Source: a virus
Lineage: Duplodnaviria; Caudoviricetes
Reading direction: 5' to 3' (one strand)
Virus record (IMG/VR): IMGVR_UViG_3300005517_000023
Location: 1-31,625 of that record
Length of the DNA stretch: 31,625 nt
Shown here in pieces: positions 9,475 to 18,560 of the stretch; position 1 is the stretch's first letter, and each line of letters begins with the position of its first letter. Under the pieces are notes generated by a model. That model did no database searches. It was not told where the DNA came from and worked only from the letters and a program-made list of their open reading frames with translations. The position numbers and the translations under genes were made by a program.

Positions 9475-10476
9475 CTATCTTCTGTTTGCGGCCACCCTAT
9501 CCCTGGATTCAAAAAGGTTATCAACAGAATCCCCAGAAGAGGCTTTGCCGTCTTCAGAAGACCCCATCTCAGCCAAGGAATGCGTAGGATGGTCGTAATC
9601 CTCATACTGTAATAGTTTTTTTGTTAATTTGTCAATAGTTTTGGCTAACTTGTCAATCTCACTTCTCTTCTTTTCTATATATCCCTTAAACCCACCCGCT
9701 TCTTGAATCTCCCCATAAGACTCCTCATAGCACTTCTTTCCAATGGCCAGCATCTTCTTGGTCAATTCAATGGGATGATCAATAAGCTCGTTAAAGTCTT
9801 CTAAAATCTCTTCCTGTTCTTGTACAGAGGCCACAGATAAGAAATAATCAAAGGCTTTGACTTTGTCTTCTAACTGGTTGTCTCCGGTATATTTACGGAT
9901 GTTTTCAAGCTCGGTGTTTGCAACCCTAAAGATTTTAGAAAACGGACTCGCTTGCTTGTCATCAATGAAATCAGCGTCCTCATCTTGGGAAGAAGATCCG
10001 GAAGATTCCAGAATTTCCAAAAGCCGCTGACCTTCTTCTTCAGAAATGTCCCCATTTTCCACAAACTCTTTGGTGGTCAAAATGGCTTTCTTCAGCTTCC
10101 GAGAGTTGGTGTGTCCCCACTTCTTGGTGCTTTCCAACTCCTTTTGAAGCTTTTCAGACTCTTCTTTCAACAGGGACTCGGAGTCAGTTATTTTTTTGTC
10201 GTTTTCCTCAGGCCTTTCAACATTAGACTTTTGATCAGCATAAGATTCTTCTTTATCCTCTGCGGCCTTTTTTTGATTTTCATTCTTTCTTTCGTCAGAC
10301 GCTCCCAAAATACGTTTTGGTTTTTCTTGTATGAATTCTTTAGTCTGGGATGAAGAGTCATTCCCCTGCTCGAAGCCTTCGTTTTGCTCATCAAACAGTC
10401 GAGAAATCGTGTCATAAGCGAACGATGGATTTTCATGGTTTTTTTCCAAATTTGTGTTTGCGTTTAGATCTGCCAT
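9475..10476 (-). CDS. Capsid scaffolding protein
   Basis: Highly acidic/charged coiled-coil protein of 333 aa between portal and capsid genes. Confidence 0.75.
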   Translation of the reverse strand: MADLNANTNLEKNHENPSFAYDTISRLFDEQNEGFEQGNDSSSQTKEFIQEKPKRILGASDERKNENQKKAAEDKEESYADQKSNVERPEENDKKITDSESLLKEESEKLQKELESTKKWGHTNSRKLKKAILTTKEFVENGDISEEEGQRLLEILESSGSSSQDEDADFIDDKQASPFSKIFRVANTELENIRKYTGDNQLEDKVKAFDYFLSVASVQEQEEILEDFNELIDHPIELTKKMLAIGKKCYEESYGEIQEAGGFKGYIEKKRSEIDKLAKTIDKLTKKLLQYEDYDHPTHSLAEMGSSEDGKASSGDSVDNLFESRDRVAANRR

Positions 10477-10495
10477 TTGTTTTATATTCCTTCAT

Positions 10496-12337
10496 TTAAC
10501 CAGCTTGTTGTCTTGCTTGAGATACGGGGTCGCTTTGCGGGCTTTGGTTTTGAGGTGATGCGCCGCCTGCACCTTGTTGAGGGAGTCCCTGATCCATCGT
10601 TTGTTTTTGTTGCATTACCTTGGTCATCTCTTCAGAAATCTTCTCGCCATCCCGAATGCCCAACATCTGTAAAAGCTTCGGAGATTGCATCATCCAATTC
10701 GCATTGGCATTGCCAAGCAAAGATTCCAACATGGCTTTCTGTTCTTCAAACGTGCTCCTAAAGTCAGGAACCTCCTCGATGTAAAGCGTGACCGGTAAAT
10801 TGCTCACATTGTTTTCAATAATAAGCTTTCCATCTTTTTCAATGGCCAAATTCAATACAAGCCATTCCTTTTCTTCATCGGTTAGGATTTGAACAGCTAA
10901 ATTTTCGTCTCCCGCCGCTTGAATCATTTTTAACAAAAAGGAACCCTCTCGCTTCTTCATCTCCGAGAAGTTATCAAACGCAAAGACGTTGTTTCGAACC
11001 GAGTTCACCTGTCTAACGTTTTGAGCCACAGCACTTGTGGCGTTGGTTTGAATCCCCAGCATCTCATCATGGATGCCCGTCACCCGTTTCATAAAATCAA
11101 GGTACATCTCCACAATCTTCAGCTGTGGCTCGGCAAGATCAGCATTAGATGTAATAGAAACCTTCGTGTCTTCCGGCAAAATAATCACCGAATCCGGGCG
11201 TCTCAACTCTTCTCTGAAGGTCTCTGTGTTTTCACCAGGATCAATATTGCCCTGGATGATGACCCGAGACGAGTTCATCAGATACAACGATTTGGTAATG
11301 CGAATATTGGCATCCCGTTGCAAGTCTTTAATCGACTCTAACAGGCCATACGGCACCCCTGTCTTAAACCGACGCTTCCAAACAAAAGGGATACAGCTAA
11401 AATCCTTGGGATTGGGTAAGTTCGGAGATAACGGTGCATGCTCTAAAAGCCAGTTGTCTAAAAACAATGTCCGTAAAATTTGCTGAGATTTGAACTCCTC
11501 AATGTCTTTTGGGGATTCGGCCATCTCCCGTGCTTGATCTTCATCAAAGGTTTCAAACGCATTCCCTTTCCCATCTAGTCCCCTATAGGCCTTCTTTGGG
11601 GCCTTGTATTGAACTTCAACAACCAACACACGACTTTGATTGCAACCCGTGTAAGACTCTGCACTCGTATAATCAGCGCTTCTGTCCATAATTTCGTTAG
11701 AATACATACCCGACAGAACAGAAGGATTTGTTAAGTCCACAAATTGAGAAACAGAAGGCCAAGTCTTCGCCACAATCTCAGGGCGCATCCACCGTTTTCG
11801 GCAAACATACTTCATGTTCGTATATTGAGGGCTTAAGTCATCCGGATCAGGGAGAACGTTAAAGGGATCAACGTAATCGTAATGATACGTGCCATCATCA
11901 GGGTCTTTATAAGAATCACTCCAACCAATTCCTGAAATCAACGCATCCTTAAATTTTAAAGACCCATAATGGGGAATCGAATTATGCTCTTGAATATGAA
12001 ACAGATAATGGGTCAAAGCACTGGCTAACTTGTCATCTTCGTCTCTTTGAGAATCAGACCTGACAGCCACGCGATACCGAGATTGAGTCTCCACACCACA
12101 CAAAGAATCAATAAATCCTTGAATAATGTTCACCGTTATAGGGGATTGGCCCCGTGTGTCTAAAATAGAGAGGTCACGGGCACTCCATTGCCCACTGCCA
12201 TCATAATACCCTTGGTTTTCACGACAAATCCGCCGCCACTCTAGTGTTGATGGATGAAGATTTGCCGTTCTAAAATAATCCCTCGCCGTTTGAAGGGCAT
12301 TTTGTTTCGAGGGAGATAACATACTATTCATGCTCAT
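10496..12337 (-). CDS. Portal protein (P22-like)
   Basis: 613 aa. Motifs YYDGSGQW, ITVNII, FKDALISGIGW, VLPDPD, PYGLLESIKDLQRDAN, VTGIHDEMLG; Q-rich C-terminus. Confidence 0.9.
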   Translation of the reverse strand: MSMNSMLSPSKQNALQTARDYFRTANLHPSTLEWRRICRENQGYYDGSGQWSARDLSILDTRGQSPITVNIIQGFIDSLCGVETQSRYRVAVRSDSQRDEDDKLASALTHYLFHIQEHNSIPHYGSLKFKDALISGIGWSDSYKDPDDGTYHYDYVDPFNVLPDPDDLSPQYTNMKYVCRKRWMRPEIVAKTWPSVSQFVDLTNPSVLSGMYSNEIMDRSADYTSAESYTGCNQSRVLVVEVQYKAPKKAYRGLDGKGNAFETFDEDQAREMAESPKDIEEFKSQQILRTLFLDNWLLEHAPLSPNLPNPKDFSCIPFVWKRRFKTGVPYGLLESIKDLQRDANIRITKSLYLMNSSRVIIQGNIDPGENTETFREELRRPDSVIILPEDTKVSITSNADLAEPQLKIVEMYLDFMKRVTGIHDEMLGIQTNATSAVAQNVRQVNSVRNNVFAFDNFSEMKKREGSFLLKMIQAAGDENLAVQILTDEEKEWLVLNLAIEKDGKLIIENNVSNLPVTLYIEEVPDFRSTFEEQKAMLESLLGNANANWMMQSPKLLQMLGIRDGEKISEEMTKVMQQKQTMDQGLPQQGAGGASPQNQSPQSDPVSQARQQAG

Positions 12338-12339
12338 CT

Positions 12340-12702
12340 TTAAGAAACTCTAAGCTCATTCAGAGACCGATAAGAAACAAAGGCATTAAAAAGGTTGTCG
12401 CTGTAGTCTGATGAGGCATACAAAAGATCACCGGGCTCTAGAGTCAGCGTGGTGTTAATTAAAAGATCAACTCTTTCGAAAGGAAGAATAGTAATGCGTG
12501 AGCACAAAACAAACTTTGTTTCAGATCCTGTTTCAATCTCTCTGGAAACCCAAACGGTGGCCAGCAAAACAGTCTCTACCTGACTTGCCAAAAGAACAGA
12601 ATCCAACAGTATCGTCGTCAGATCTGCACCAAATATTAGTGTTGGCGAGCTGTCAACATTCAGCGTTGGATTCATTTTAAAAGAAACGAAAGGCTTTTCC
12701 AT
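12340..12702 (-). CDS. Small beta-rich putative virion protein
   Basis: 120 aa with LTLEPGDLLYASS...FVSY pattern seen in small phage structural proteins. Ends 2 bp before the portal start. Confidence 0.55.
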   Translation of the reverse strand: MEKPFVSFKMNPTLNVDSSPTLIFGADLTTILLDSVLLASQVETVLLATVWVSREIETGSETKFVLCSRITILPFERVDLLINTTLTLEPGDLLYASSDYSDNLFNAFVSYRSLNELRVS

Positions 12703-12733
12703 GTATAGCCCCTCTTAGTTTCTATGGGGGTTT

Positions 12734-12967
12734 TTAATCAACGGAAATTGACCCTATTGAGGATTTAATCTCTGCTGCTGACTTAATAACCCTGTCACAC
12801 AAGCCTTGCAAAAGCGTGCATACTTCCTTAAACATATCTGTTTTCATCTGCTCTTCGGACATGTTTAAGATGTATTGTGAAATTTCCCTAACATAGTTAG
12901 ATTCAATTACATATCTAGCAAGTAAGTTTGTATGCTCAATTTGCTCATCAATTTTAGGGTGAACCAT
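12734..12967 (-). CDS. Hypothetical helical protein
   Basis: 77 aa ORF with upstream AAAGGA, co-oriented, fills the gap. Confidence 0.5.
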   Translation of the reverse strand: MVHPKIDEQIEHTNLLARYVIESNYVREISQYILNMSEEQMKTDMFKEVCTLLQGLCDRVIKSAAEIKSSIGSISVD

Positions 12968-13069
12968 TTAATGTTCCTTTGATTTAAAAAATATACCTAA
13001 TTATAATACAGGCATAAAATAGACAAAAAAACACATTATTTTCCAAAATCTCACTCAACTAGAGGGTCT

Positions 13070-13360
13070 ATGAAAAACAAAAAACCTTGTGGTCCTATAT
13101 TCTCAGAAGAGCAGAGGCTTGTCCTTCTGAATGGTTTTCAGAAGCAAAGCACCTACACCACGGTCGCAGAGTATGCAAAAGCCAATAACGTAAGCAGACC
13201 AGCTTTGTGCAAATGGTCTGTGCGTTATGGGATTCCCTTAGGGAGGCATTATGCATTGACATACCAAAGGATTCCGCATGCATTGAGAATCCAAAAGAAG
13301 ATTCCACACGACGACCCTTTATTGGAGGCACTAAGAAAGCAGTACCGCATTAGCCAATAG
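13070..13360 (+). CDS. HTH protein resembling an IS OrfA/transposase DNA-binding domain
   Basis: FSEEQR...TVAEYAKANNVSRPALCKW..RY. SD-like GAGGG upstream. No DDE partner nearby. Confidence 0.6.
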   Translation: MKNKKPCGPIFSEEQRLVLLNGFQKQSTYTTVAEYAKANNVSRPALCKWSVRYGIPLGRHYALTYQRIPHALRIQKKIPHDDPLLEALRKQYRISQ

Positions 13361-13531
13361 TAGAAGTGGTGATGGGGAGAAAATAGGAGGGTTTTTGAGG
13401 GCTTTTTGATAGACCCTAAGATTGATGATCAGCAGGGCTTAAATGGTATAAGCACAGAAAACCTAGTCTCATGAAACCAGAATATACCAATCCTACCGCA
13501 GTTCTACCTTTTGATCCTTTTCATGCCTTTT

Positions 13532-15856
13532 TTATGTCAAAAGAGACACCACATTAACGTTTGCAAAATTGTATGTAGCAGTTCCAGCCCCTGAGAAAAT
13601 TGCAGCCAATCCTATGGTATCATTTGTCGAAACGCTTATTATGTCAGAAATACTAATAATCACAGTAGTTGATGAATTTTGCGAAACCACACTTTGCGAC
13701 GTTCTAGATTGAGATATCCCTAATGGTAATGATCCATTCTTTGTTATAAAATGGACAAGCGTGGCAGGGGTTAAACTAGGAAGCGTAACAGAAATATTAT
13801 AGGTAACATTAACAATTCTAGTTTTTGTGCCTGTATACGTTAAAACACCAGTCGTCGTGTTATTTGTAAATAAACTTAATAAGCCTGATGTGTTGACCAA
13901 AGGAACCAGTCTATTGGTCGTGGATACAAAAGTAATGGGAGTGGCTGTAACGGAATACCAAGCCGCATAGGGCTGAACACATGTGAAATCACCAATTACA
14001 TTGGAATTACCCCCTACAACTAAATTGCCTTGTAAATATTCATTACCAGATACGGCCAAATTTGATGACTTTGTGCTATAAAACAAACCGTTACGAAAGT
14101 TTCCTCCTATAAAGAATCTTCCAAGAGAATTGGTATATCCCATTGTATACACTTCATTGGAATTATTCGGGACACCTTGCTGAGTTAAGGCTCCTCCTGT
14201 CATTGGGTTTGTTCCATCAAATTCAAAAAAATATGAAACATTTCCTGACCAAGTAGAAAAATAGAATTTGTATAACTCAGGAATCCATATACCTGCTCTA
14301 AATGTTGTTGAGATAGGGATTATATTTGTTAACGTCGTAAATGTGGCCCCATTATCCGTTGATTTAAAAACAGAAGTCGATGCTGATGATGAAATCCCAA
14401 TAATGCACTTAAGCTCTGGAGAGCAAACCCCCCATAACATAGGTGTCGTTGTAGCTTCATTCACCCATGTTATACCATCTAGAGAAGACATAACGCCTGA
14501 TGTACCAACTGAAACAAATTTTGTCCCAGTCCACATTACGGCCCTCACTGGGCGCGCCGCCGTTCTAATTGTCCAATTCAAACCATCGGGACTCGTTTGG
14601 ATATAAGATCCTACCGTCTGTGAACCAGATACAAACAATCCATTGGCCCATATAATATTACCCGCACCAGGTGCCCCACTATTTACCCCTGATCCCCATG
14701 TTATACCATCTGAAGTTGTTTGGGTTATATTGCTAGCAGTTGTTTTCATCGTGGCTATTCCCAATGTTGGGGAAAAAGCATACGCAGCATCTGAAGCAGC
14801 AACGGATCCCGTTGAGCTTATCCATGTTGCTCCACCATCATTTGAATATTTAGTGGTTGCAATAACATCATCTGTTATCCACCTACTTACATTAGTCATA
14901 TAAGTAGCACCAACAGAAGTCCCAAGGCCGCCTGTTGATAGAGCCCATGGATCACGATATCCTACAGGCCCTACTGACTCTGATGTCTTTGCTGTACTTA
15001 TAGCTCCCTGCGCAACAGAAGATATGCCAACGCCAGACTCTTTGATAATTTTTCCTGTTGTAGAACTGAATATAACAATGTTTGAATCAACTGATGTTGA
15101 GGTGCTAGACGTTACCCCATTACTAGAACCAGAACTTGCTTGGGTTATTCTTCCCCACTGATCAACAGTAATATTTGAGGCTGTATAATTCCCCGGTGAA
15201 ACTGTTGTAGGAGCCAAATCTATTGTTATTAAAGATTCTCCATTAGACAATATTCTCCCCGCTGTTCCCCCAACACCCAAAATACCAGGAACGCTTTCAG
15301 CCTTGGTAACTCTACCATATTTATCTACTGTAATCTTTGAGTAAGGGTACGAACCAGGCACAACCGCTGTAGCCACTAAATCAATGACAGGGGCTTGACC
15401 ACCAGTGCTGCTGACATTGCCAGCCGTTCCCGTCACTGAAGTTACACCAGTCGCAATTATTGATTTAACTTGTCCAAAAGTTGCCGCGTCTGTGTTTTGT
15501 GTTCCATCCGCAAGATTTGTTGCTTTAAACCCTTGAAAATTAATGTTTCCAGAAACCGAAAGGCCACCAGAAGACGGAAAAACCAAAACGTCTGTTAATG
15601 ATGTATCATTAATAAAACTCTGGAGCTTAAGGGAACCAAAAGTATCTGTGCTATTGGTTACATGTGACCACATAAACCCAGACAAAGAATTGTTTTTAAT
15701 CTTAAAATTTGTTACTGAGCTTAAAGTCGCTGTTGGCACAAAGTTATTTTTCAACTCAAAAGAGGACTCCCTCTCTGAAAAATCAAACCGTTGGAAATTA
15801 CCTAATATCGATAAATCAGGAACAACTCCCTTAACTGTAATGCTACTCATGACCAT
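13532..15856 (-). CDS. Fibre/adhesin-like protein with Asp-box beta-propeller and C1q/BclA-like C-terminal domain
   Basis: Neck motif NLADGTQNTDAAT, two G.Y...ITVD.xGRxT.A fibre repeats, five S/T-x-D-G/N-x-x-W/F Asp-boxes, all-beta C-terminus. Distal part is visibly more AT-rich. Confidence 0.7.
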   Translation of the reverse strand: MVMSSITVKGVVPDLSILGNFQRFDFSERESSFELKNNFVPTATLSSVTNFKIKNNSLSGFMWSHVTNSTDTFGSLKLQSFINDTSLTDVLVFPSSGGLSVSGNINFQGFKATNLADGTQNTDAATFGQVKSIIATGVTSVTGTAGNVSSTGGQAPVIDLVATAVVPGSYPYSKITVDKYGRVTKAESVPGILGVGGTAGRILSNGESLITIDLAPTTVSPGNYTASNITVDQWGRITQASSGSSNGVTSSTSTSVDSNIVIFSSTTGKIIKESGVGISSVAQGAISTAKTSESVGPVGYRDPWALSTGGLGTSVGATYMTNVSRWITDDVIATTKYSNDGGATWISSTGSVAASDAAYAFSPTLGIATMKTTASNITQTTSDGITWGSGVNSGAPGAGNIIWANGLFVSGSQTVGSYIQTSPDGLNWTIRTAARPVRAVMWTGTKFVSVGTSGVMSSLDGITWVNEATTTPMLWGVCSPELKCIIGISSSASTSVFKSTDNGATFTTLTNIIPISTTFRAGIWIPELYKFYFSTWSGNVSYFFEFDGTNPMTGGALTQQGVPNNSNEVYTMGYTNSLGRFFIGGNFRNGLFYSTKSSNLAVSGNEYLQGNLVVGGNSNVIGDFTCVQPYAAWYSVTATPITFVSTTNRLVPLVNTSGLLSLFTNNTTTGVLTYTGTKTRIVNVTYNISVTLPSLTPATLVHFITKNGSLPLGISQSRTSQSVVSQNSSTTVIISISDIISVSTNDTIGLAAIFSGAGTATYNFANVNVVSLLT

Positions 15857-17241
15857 AATATTTGAACCTCATCGTGCATTAAATCCCAAAGAAAGGTTGC
15901 ACTAACCCCATCAAAATCTTCTTCAGGTGATTGTTGTAAGTTTTTAAGCCTGAAGCTTCCCATATCAACGTTCCCGCCAGCTGGGATGTTGGTAAGCAAA
16001 CAATCAGGTCCTATTGTTGTAAATATGTGCCCTTTGTCGTCTTCTAATCCTTCCACAAACCCCGTAATATTTACCGGTATATTCCCAGCGGAAATTGCAC
16101 TATCAACATATTCTTTCGTGGTTAAGTCATCCGGTAAAGTGGGTGTCCCCGCATGGATGGCCTTAAACCCCTGGAAATTAACATCCCCATGATTAGGTAA
16201 AGCATTCAGCCCCGTTGCCAATAAAGTTGCAAGGGATGTGGCCGCAGAGGTCGCACTGCCTTGTGAGCTCATGGCAGAATTTTGGGAAGCTTCAGCACTT
16301 TGCTGGGAATTATCCGCTGAACCTGAAGCACTGGAAGCCGATACGCCCGCTGCGAAGGCCGAAGCACCGGCCGCAAAGGCAGAAGCACCGGCCGCAAAGG
16401 CAGAAGCTCCTGCATCAAAAGCCGAACCACCAGCTGCTAATGCAGAGCCTGACGCTTCCGCAGCTGACGCTGTTGCCTCTGCTGCTGCTCCAGACGCCTC
16501 TTCTGCTGACGCTGTGGCTTCTTCTGCGGCTGCCTCTGCTTCGTCTTTAAAAGCCTCTGTCTCTGCTTTTATTCTCTCTAATGTTTCTACTGTTGCGTAA
16601 TCCGTATCTTCAATAGCAACCTCAATCTCTCCAAGGGCTGAAGCCTTTAAGATTCGAGGATCTTTGCCAATTAATTCACTCAACGCCTGGGCATTGGGTA
16701 AAGAAGCATTTGGTTTTTGAATAATGTACGTGGCATCTGTGGGGGCCAGATCAAGCTCAGCTTCCTCAGGTCTGTTCAGGCTATCTCCCTGCCAGACTTT
16801 GCCTTTCGTCAAGGACGGCAAGTTATCAAGACCAATCGTATCACTTTGGGCCGCTTTGTTGTTTTCGTCTCCAATCCATACTTTGTTTTCCAAAAGATCG
16901 GGGGTCAGGTAATCCGTGTTGGCAACAGCAAGGTGAAGCGTGTTCGTTACGGTCTTCAACAAACCATCTACTTTCAAAGACTCCAGAGATTGGGATTTAG
17001 GAAGCCTAGGATCAGTGGTTTTTAGCAAAAAAGATGAGTCGGAAATATCAATAGGAATTAATTTTCTGAGGGATATCAAATCCAATCGAATATCAATAAT
17101 GATAGGTGAGGGCTGAGTCTCGCCCAACTGATTACCAAGATATGTATATTCAGGGCTTAGTCCCGGCAACTGACTGCTCGTGGCCAGCTTGCCCGTGACA
17201 GGAGATAAAAAAAGGTCGGTGTATCCAGGTCTTATTCTCAT
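15847..17241 (-). CDS. Fibre-like protein with Ala/Ser heptad stalk
   Basis: Two D..Y/F.....LP..Q.L..L repeats, two KVW.GD..N repeats, AGASAFA heptads, NFQGFKA...DLTTKEYVD neck. Overlaps the next gene. Confidence 0.65.
   Translation of the reverse strand: MRIRPGYTDLFLSPVTGKLATSSQLPGLSPEYTYLGNQLGETQPSPIIIDIRLDLISLRKLIPIDISDSSFLLKTTDPRLPKSQSLESLKVDGLLKTVTNTLHLAVANTDYLTPDLLENKVWIGDENNKAAQSDTIGLDNLPSLTKGKVWQGDSLNRPEEAELDLAPTDATYIIQKPNASLPNAQALSELIGKDPRILKASALGEIEVAIEDTDYATVETLERIKAETEAFKDEAEAAAEEATASAEEASGAAAEATASAAEASGSALAAGGSAFDAGASAFAAGASAFAAGASAFAAGVSASSASGSADNSQQSAEASQNSAMSSQGSATSAATSLATLLATGLNALPNHGDVNFQGFKAIHAGTPTLPDDLTTKEYVDSAISAGNIPVNITGFVEGLEDDKGHIFTTIGPDCLLTNIPAGGNVDMGSFRLKNLQQSPEEDFDGVSATFLWDLMHDEVQILWS
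16346..16430. repeat. 21-bp tandem repeats encoding AGASAFA heptads
   Basis: Units such as ccgcaaaggcagaagcaccgg repeated 3-4 times with wobble variation. Confidence 0.75.
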
Positions 17242-17262
17242 GATCTCAGCTCTTAAGCAGAT

Positions 17263-17472
17263 TTAATCTGGATCAGGATAATAGTCATCATCTAAACTCT
17301 GATCAAACGCATACAAGCGGTCTTTTTTTAGGGGCATGGTTTCTGGCTCCTCTTGAGAAAGGGAACGCTCATACGCATCAACCAAAGCTTGAGCTGGTTT
17401 GTTTTTTAAGTCTAGATTGTCGTCTATTAACACTTCCAACGATCTCTTCTTTCTAATATACTTCATTCCCAT
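17263..17472 (-). CDS. Truncated DUF29 paralogue (C-terminal half only)
   Basis: DDNLDLKNKPAQALVDAYERSLSQEEPET...YAFDQSLDDDYYP aligns by eye to the C-half of 18071..18502. Likely start MGMKY at 17472. Confidence 0.55.
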   Translation of the reverse strand: MGMKYIRKKRSLEVLIDDNLDLKNKPAQALVDAYERSLSQEEPETMPLKKDRLYAFDQSLDDDYYPDPD

Positions 17473-17555
17473 GTTTTGTTCTCCACATATTATATAATAA
17501 ACATTATTCAGGATAGAATTCGTCATCTAAACATTGTTCAAACGTGTAGGGGCAG
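17457..17555. repeat. 99-bp direct repeat, copy 1
   Basis: Matches 18024..18122 with 9 mismatches by manual alignment. Confidence 0.9.
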
Positions 17556-17947
17556 TCGCCAAACGCAATACAAGGCATTAGACTCCTTATGCTCCCATCT
17601 TCCATACCCTCATAAAGAACACACTCATAAATATCAGACCACAACTGATCCACTTTTATTATGAAGTCTGGATCTTCTCTTTCAATTTCGTCATATCTTT
17701 TAAAATTATATCTTAGATCTTTTAATTTTTTTTTATATACTTCTGAATAAAATTTGTAGGGCGGCCGCAACATAAAACTGATAACCTCCCTCATTAGATC
17801 CTTAACAGGACCCAAATCAAGTATTTTCTTACTCAAATCATCATACTCCTGCTTTGATACTGGTTTTGGCCATTTTATTGGCGTCCAGGTGCCAGTTGGT
17901 ACATCGATATCATATAAAAGATCTGCTTCACATTTTGGAATCATCAT
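17504..17947 (-). CDS. Diverged DUF29 paralogue
   Basis: MIPKCEADLLY start and CPYTFEQCLDDEFYPE end match the neighbouring DUF29 gene. The middle aligns only weakly. Confidence 0.7.
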   Translation of the reverse strand: MMIPKCEADLLYDIDVPTGTWTPIKWPKPVSKQEYDDLSKKILDLGPVKDLMREVISFMLRPPYKFYSEVYKKKLKDLRYNFKRYDEIEREDPDFIIKVDQLWSDIYECVLYEGMEDGSIRSLMPCIAFGDCPYTFEQCLDDEFYPE

Positions 17948-18023
17948 GTTTTACTTAAATTATAGTTCTAATAACACAATATACTAAGATTAACAATTAT
18001 ATGCAATATGTAAAATTACATGG

Positions 18024-18122
18024 TATACTTCATTCCTATGTTTTGTTCTTCACGTATTATCTAACAAAAATTATTCAGGATAGAATCCGTCATCTAAACA
18101 TTGTTCAAACGTATAAGGGCAG
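18024..18122. repeat. 99-bp direct repeat, copy 2
   Basis: Matches 17457..17555. Covers the DUF29 3' end and the downstream intergenic DNA. Confidence 0.9.
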
Positions 18123-18502
18123 CCTTTTGGAAAGGTTGACAAGAGCAACCCTGTTTCTGCCTCTGCCTGGTAAATAGCGTCGTCGTAAGCATCCGCAAAC
18201 GCTTCATCAATCTTATTCTTTAAACTTGGATTTTTCTTAATAATCCGCTTTATTTTGCGCCTTTGTTCGGCAATCGTCAGTTTCCAGCTTTTGCTTTGCA
18301 GTGACGGCTGATAATGCCATTTCAGCAAGTGAGTAATAAGAACAGCAAGTCGGTTCGTCAGTTGATCAATATTGCTTCTGCCCATGCTTTCTATTTCCTC
18401 AATCAAATTATCATAGTCCAACTCCGTCATTCTCCGCTCCTTCAACAGACCAGCCATTGCCATAGACCAGCCATAAAAATCTTCTTCATATTTTGGAATC
18501 AT
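18071..18502 (-). CDS. DUF29 family protein
   Basis: Canonical YEEDFYGW...LDYDNLIEEIESMGRS...LITHLLKW.YQP...SW..TI.EQR...NPSLK...CPYTFEQ.LD..FYP. Confidence 0.9.
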   Translation of the reverse strand: MIPKYEEDFYGWSMAMAGLLKERRMTELDYDNLIEEIESMGRSNIDQLTNRLAVLITHLLKWHYQPSLQSKSWKLTIAEQRRKIKRIIKKNPSLKNKIDEAFADAYDDAIYQAEAETGLLLSTFPKGCPYTFEQCLDDGFYPE

Positions 18503-18560
18503 TGCTTATTTCCCTCATTACTTGATTGCCCAATTGTAGCATAAAACAAGCACTTTAGCT

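Noticed and set aside
1436-12680. Numerous 60-140 aa ORFs overlapping the structural genes
   Set aside because: They lie antisense or out of frame within long, motif-supported genes and show no recognisable motifs.
16215-16600. Plus-strand ORFs with KAEAPAA or QRQKHRP repeats
   Set aside because: Antisense shadows of the Ala/Ser heptad repeats in the fibre gene.
3505-17241. Contractile injection system, tailocin or R-body locus
   Set aside because: No sheath, tube, baseplate or Reb-like genes; capsid, portal and terminase are present instead.
17457-18122. 99-bp repeat pair as template/variable repeats of a diversity-generating retroelement
   Set aside because: The nine mismatches are not adenine-specific on either strand, and no reverse transcriptase is present in the window.
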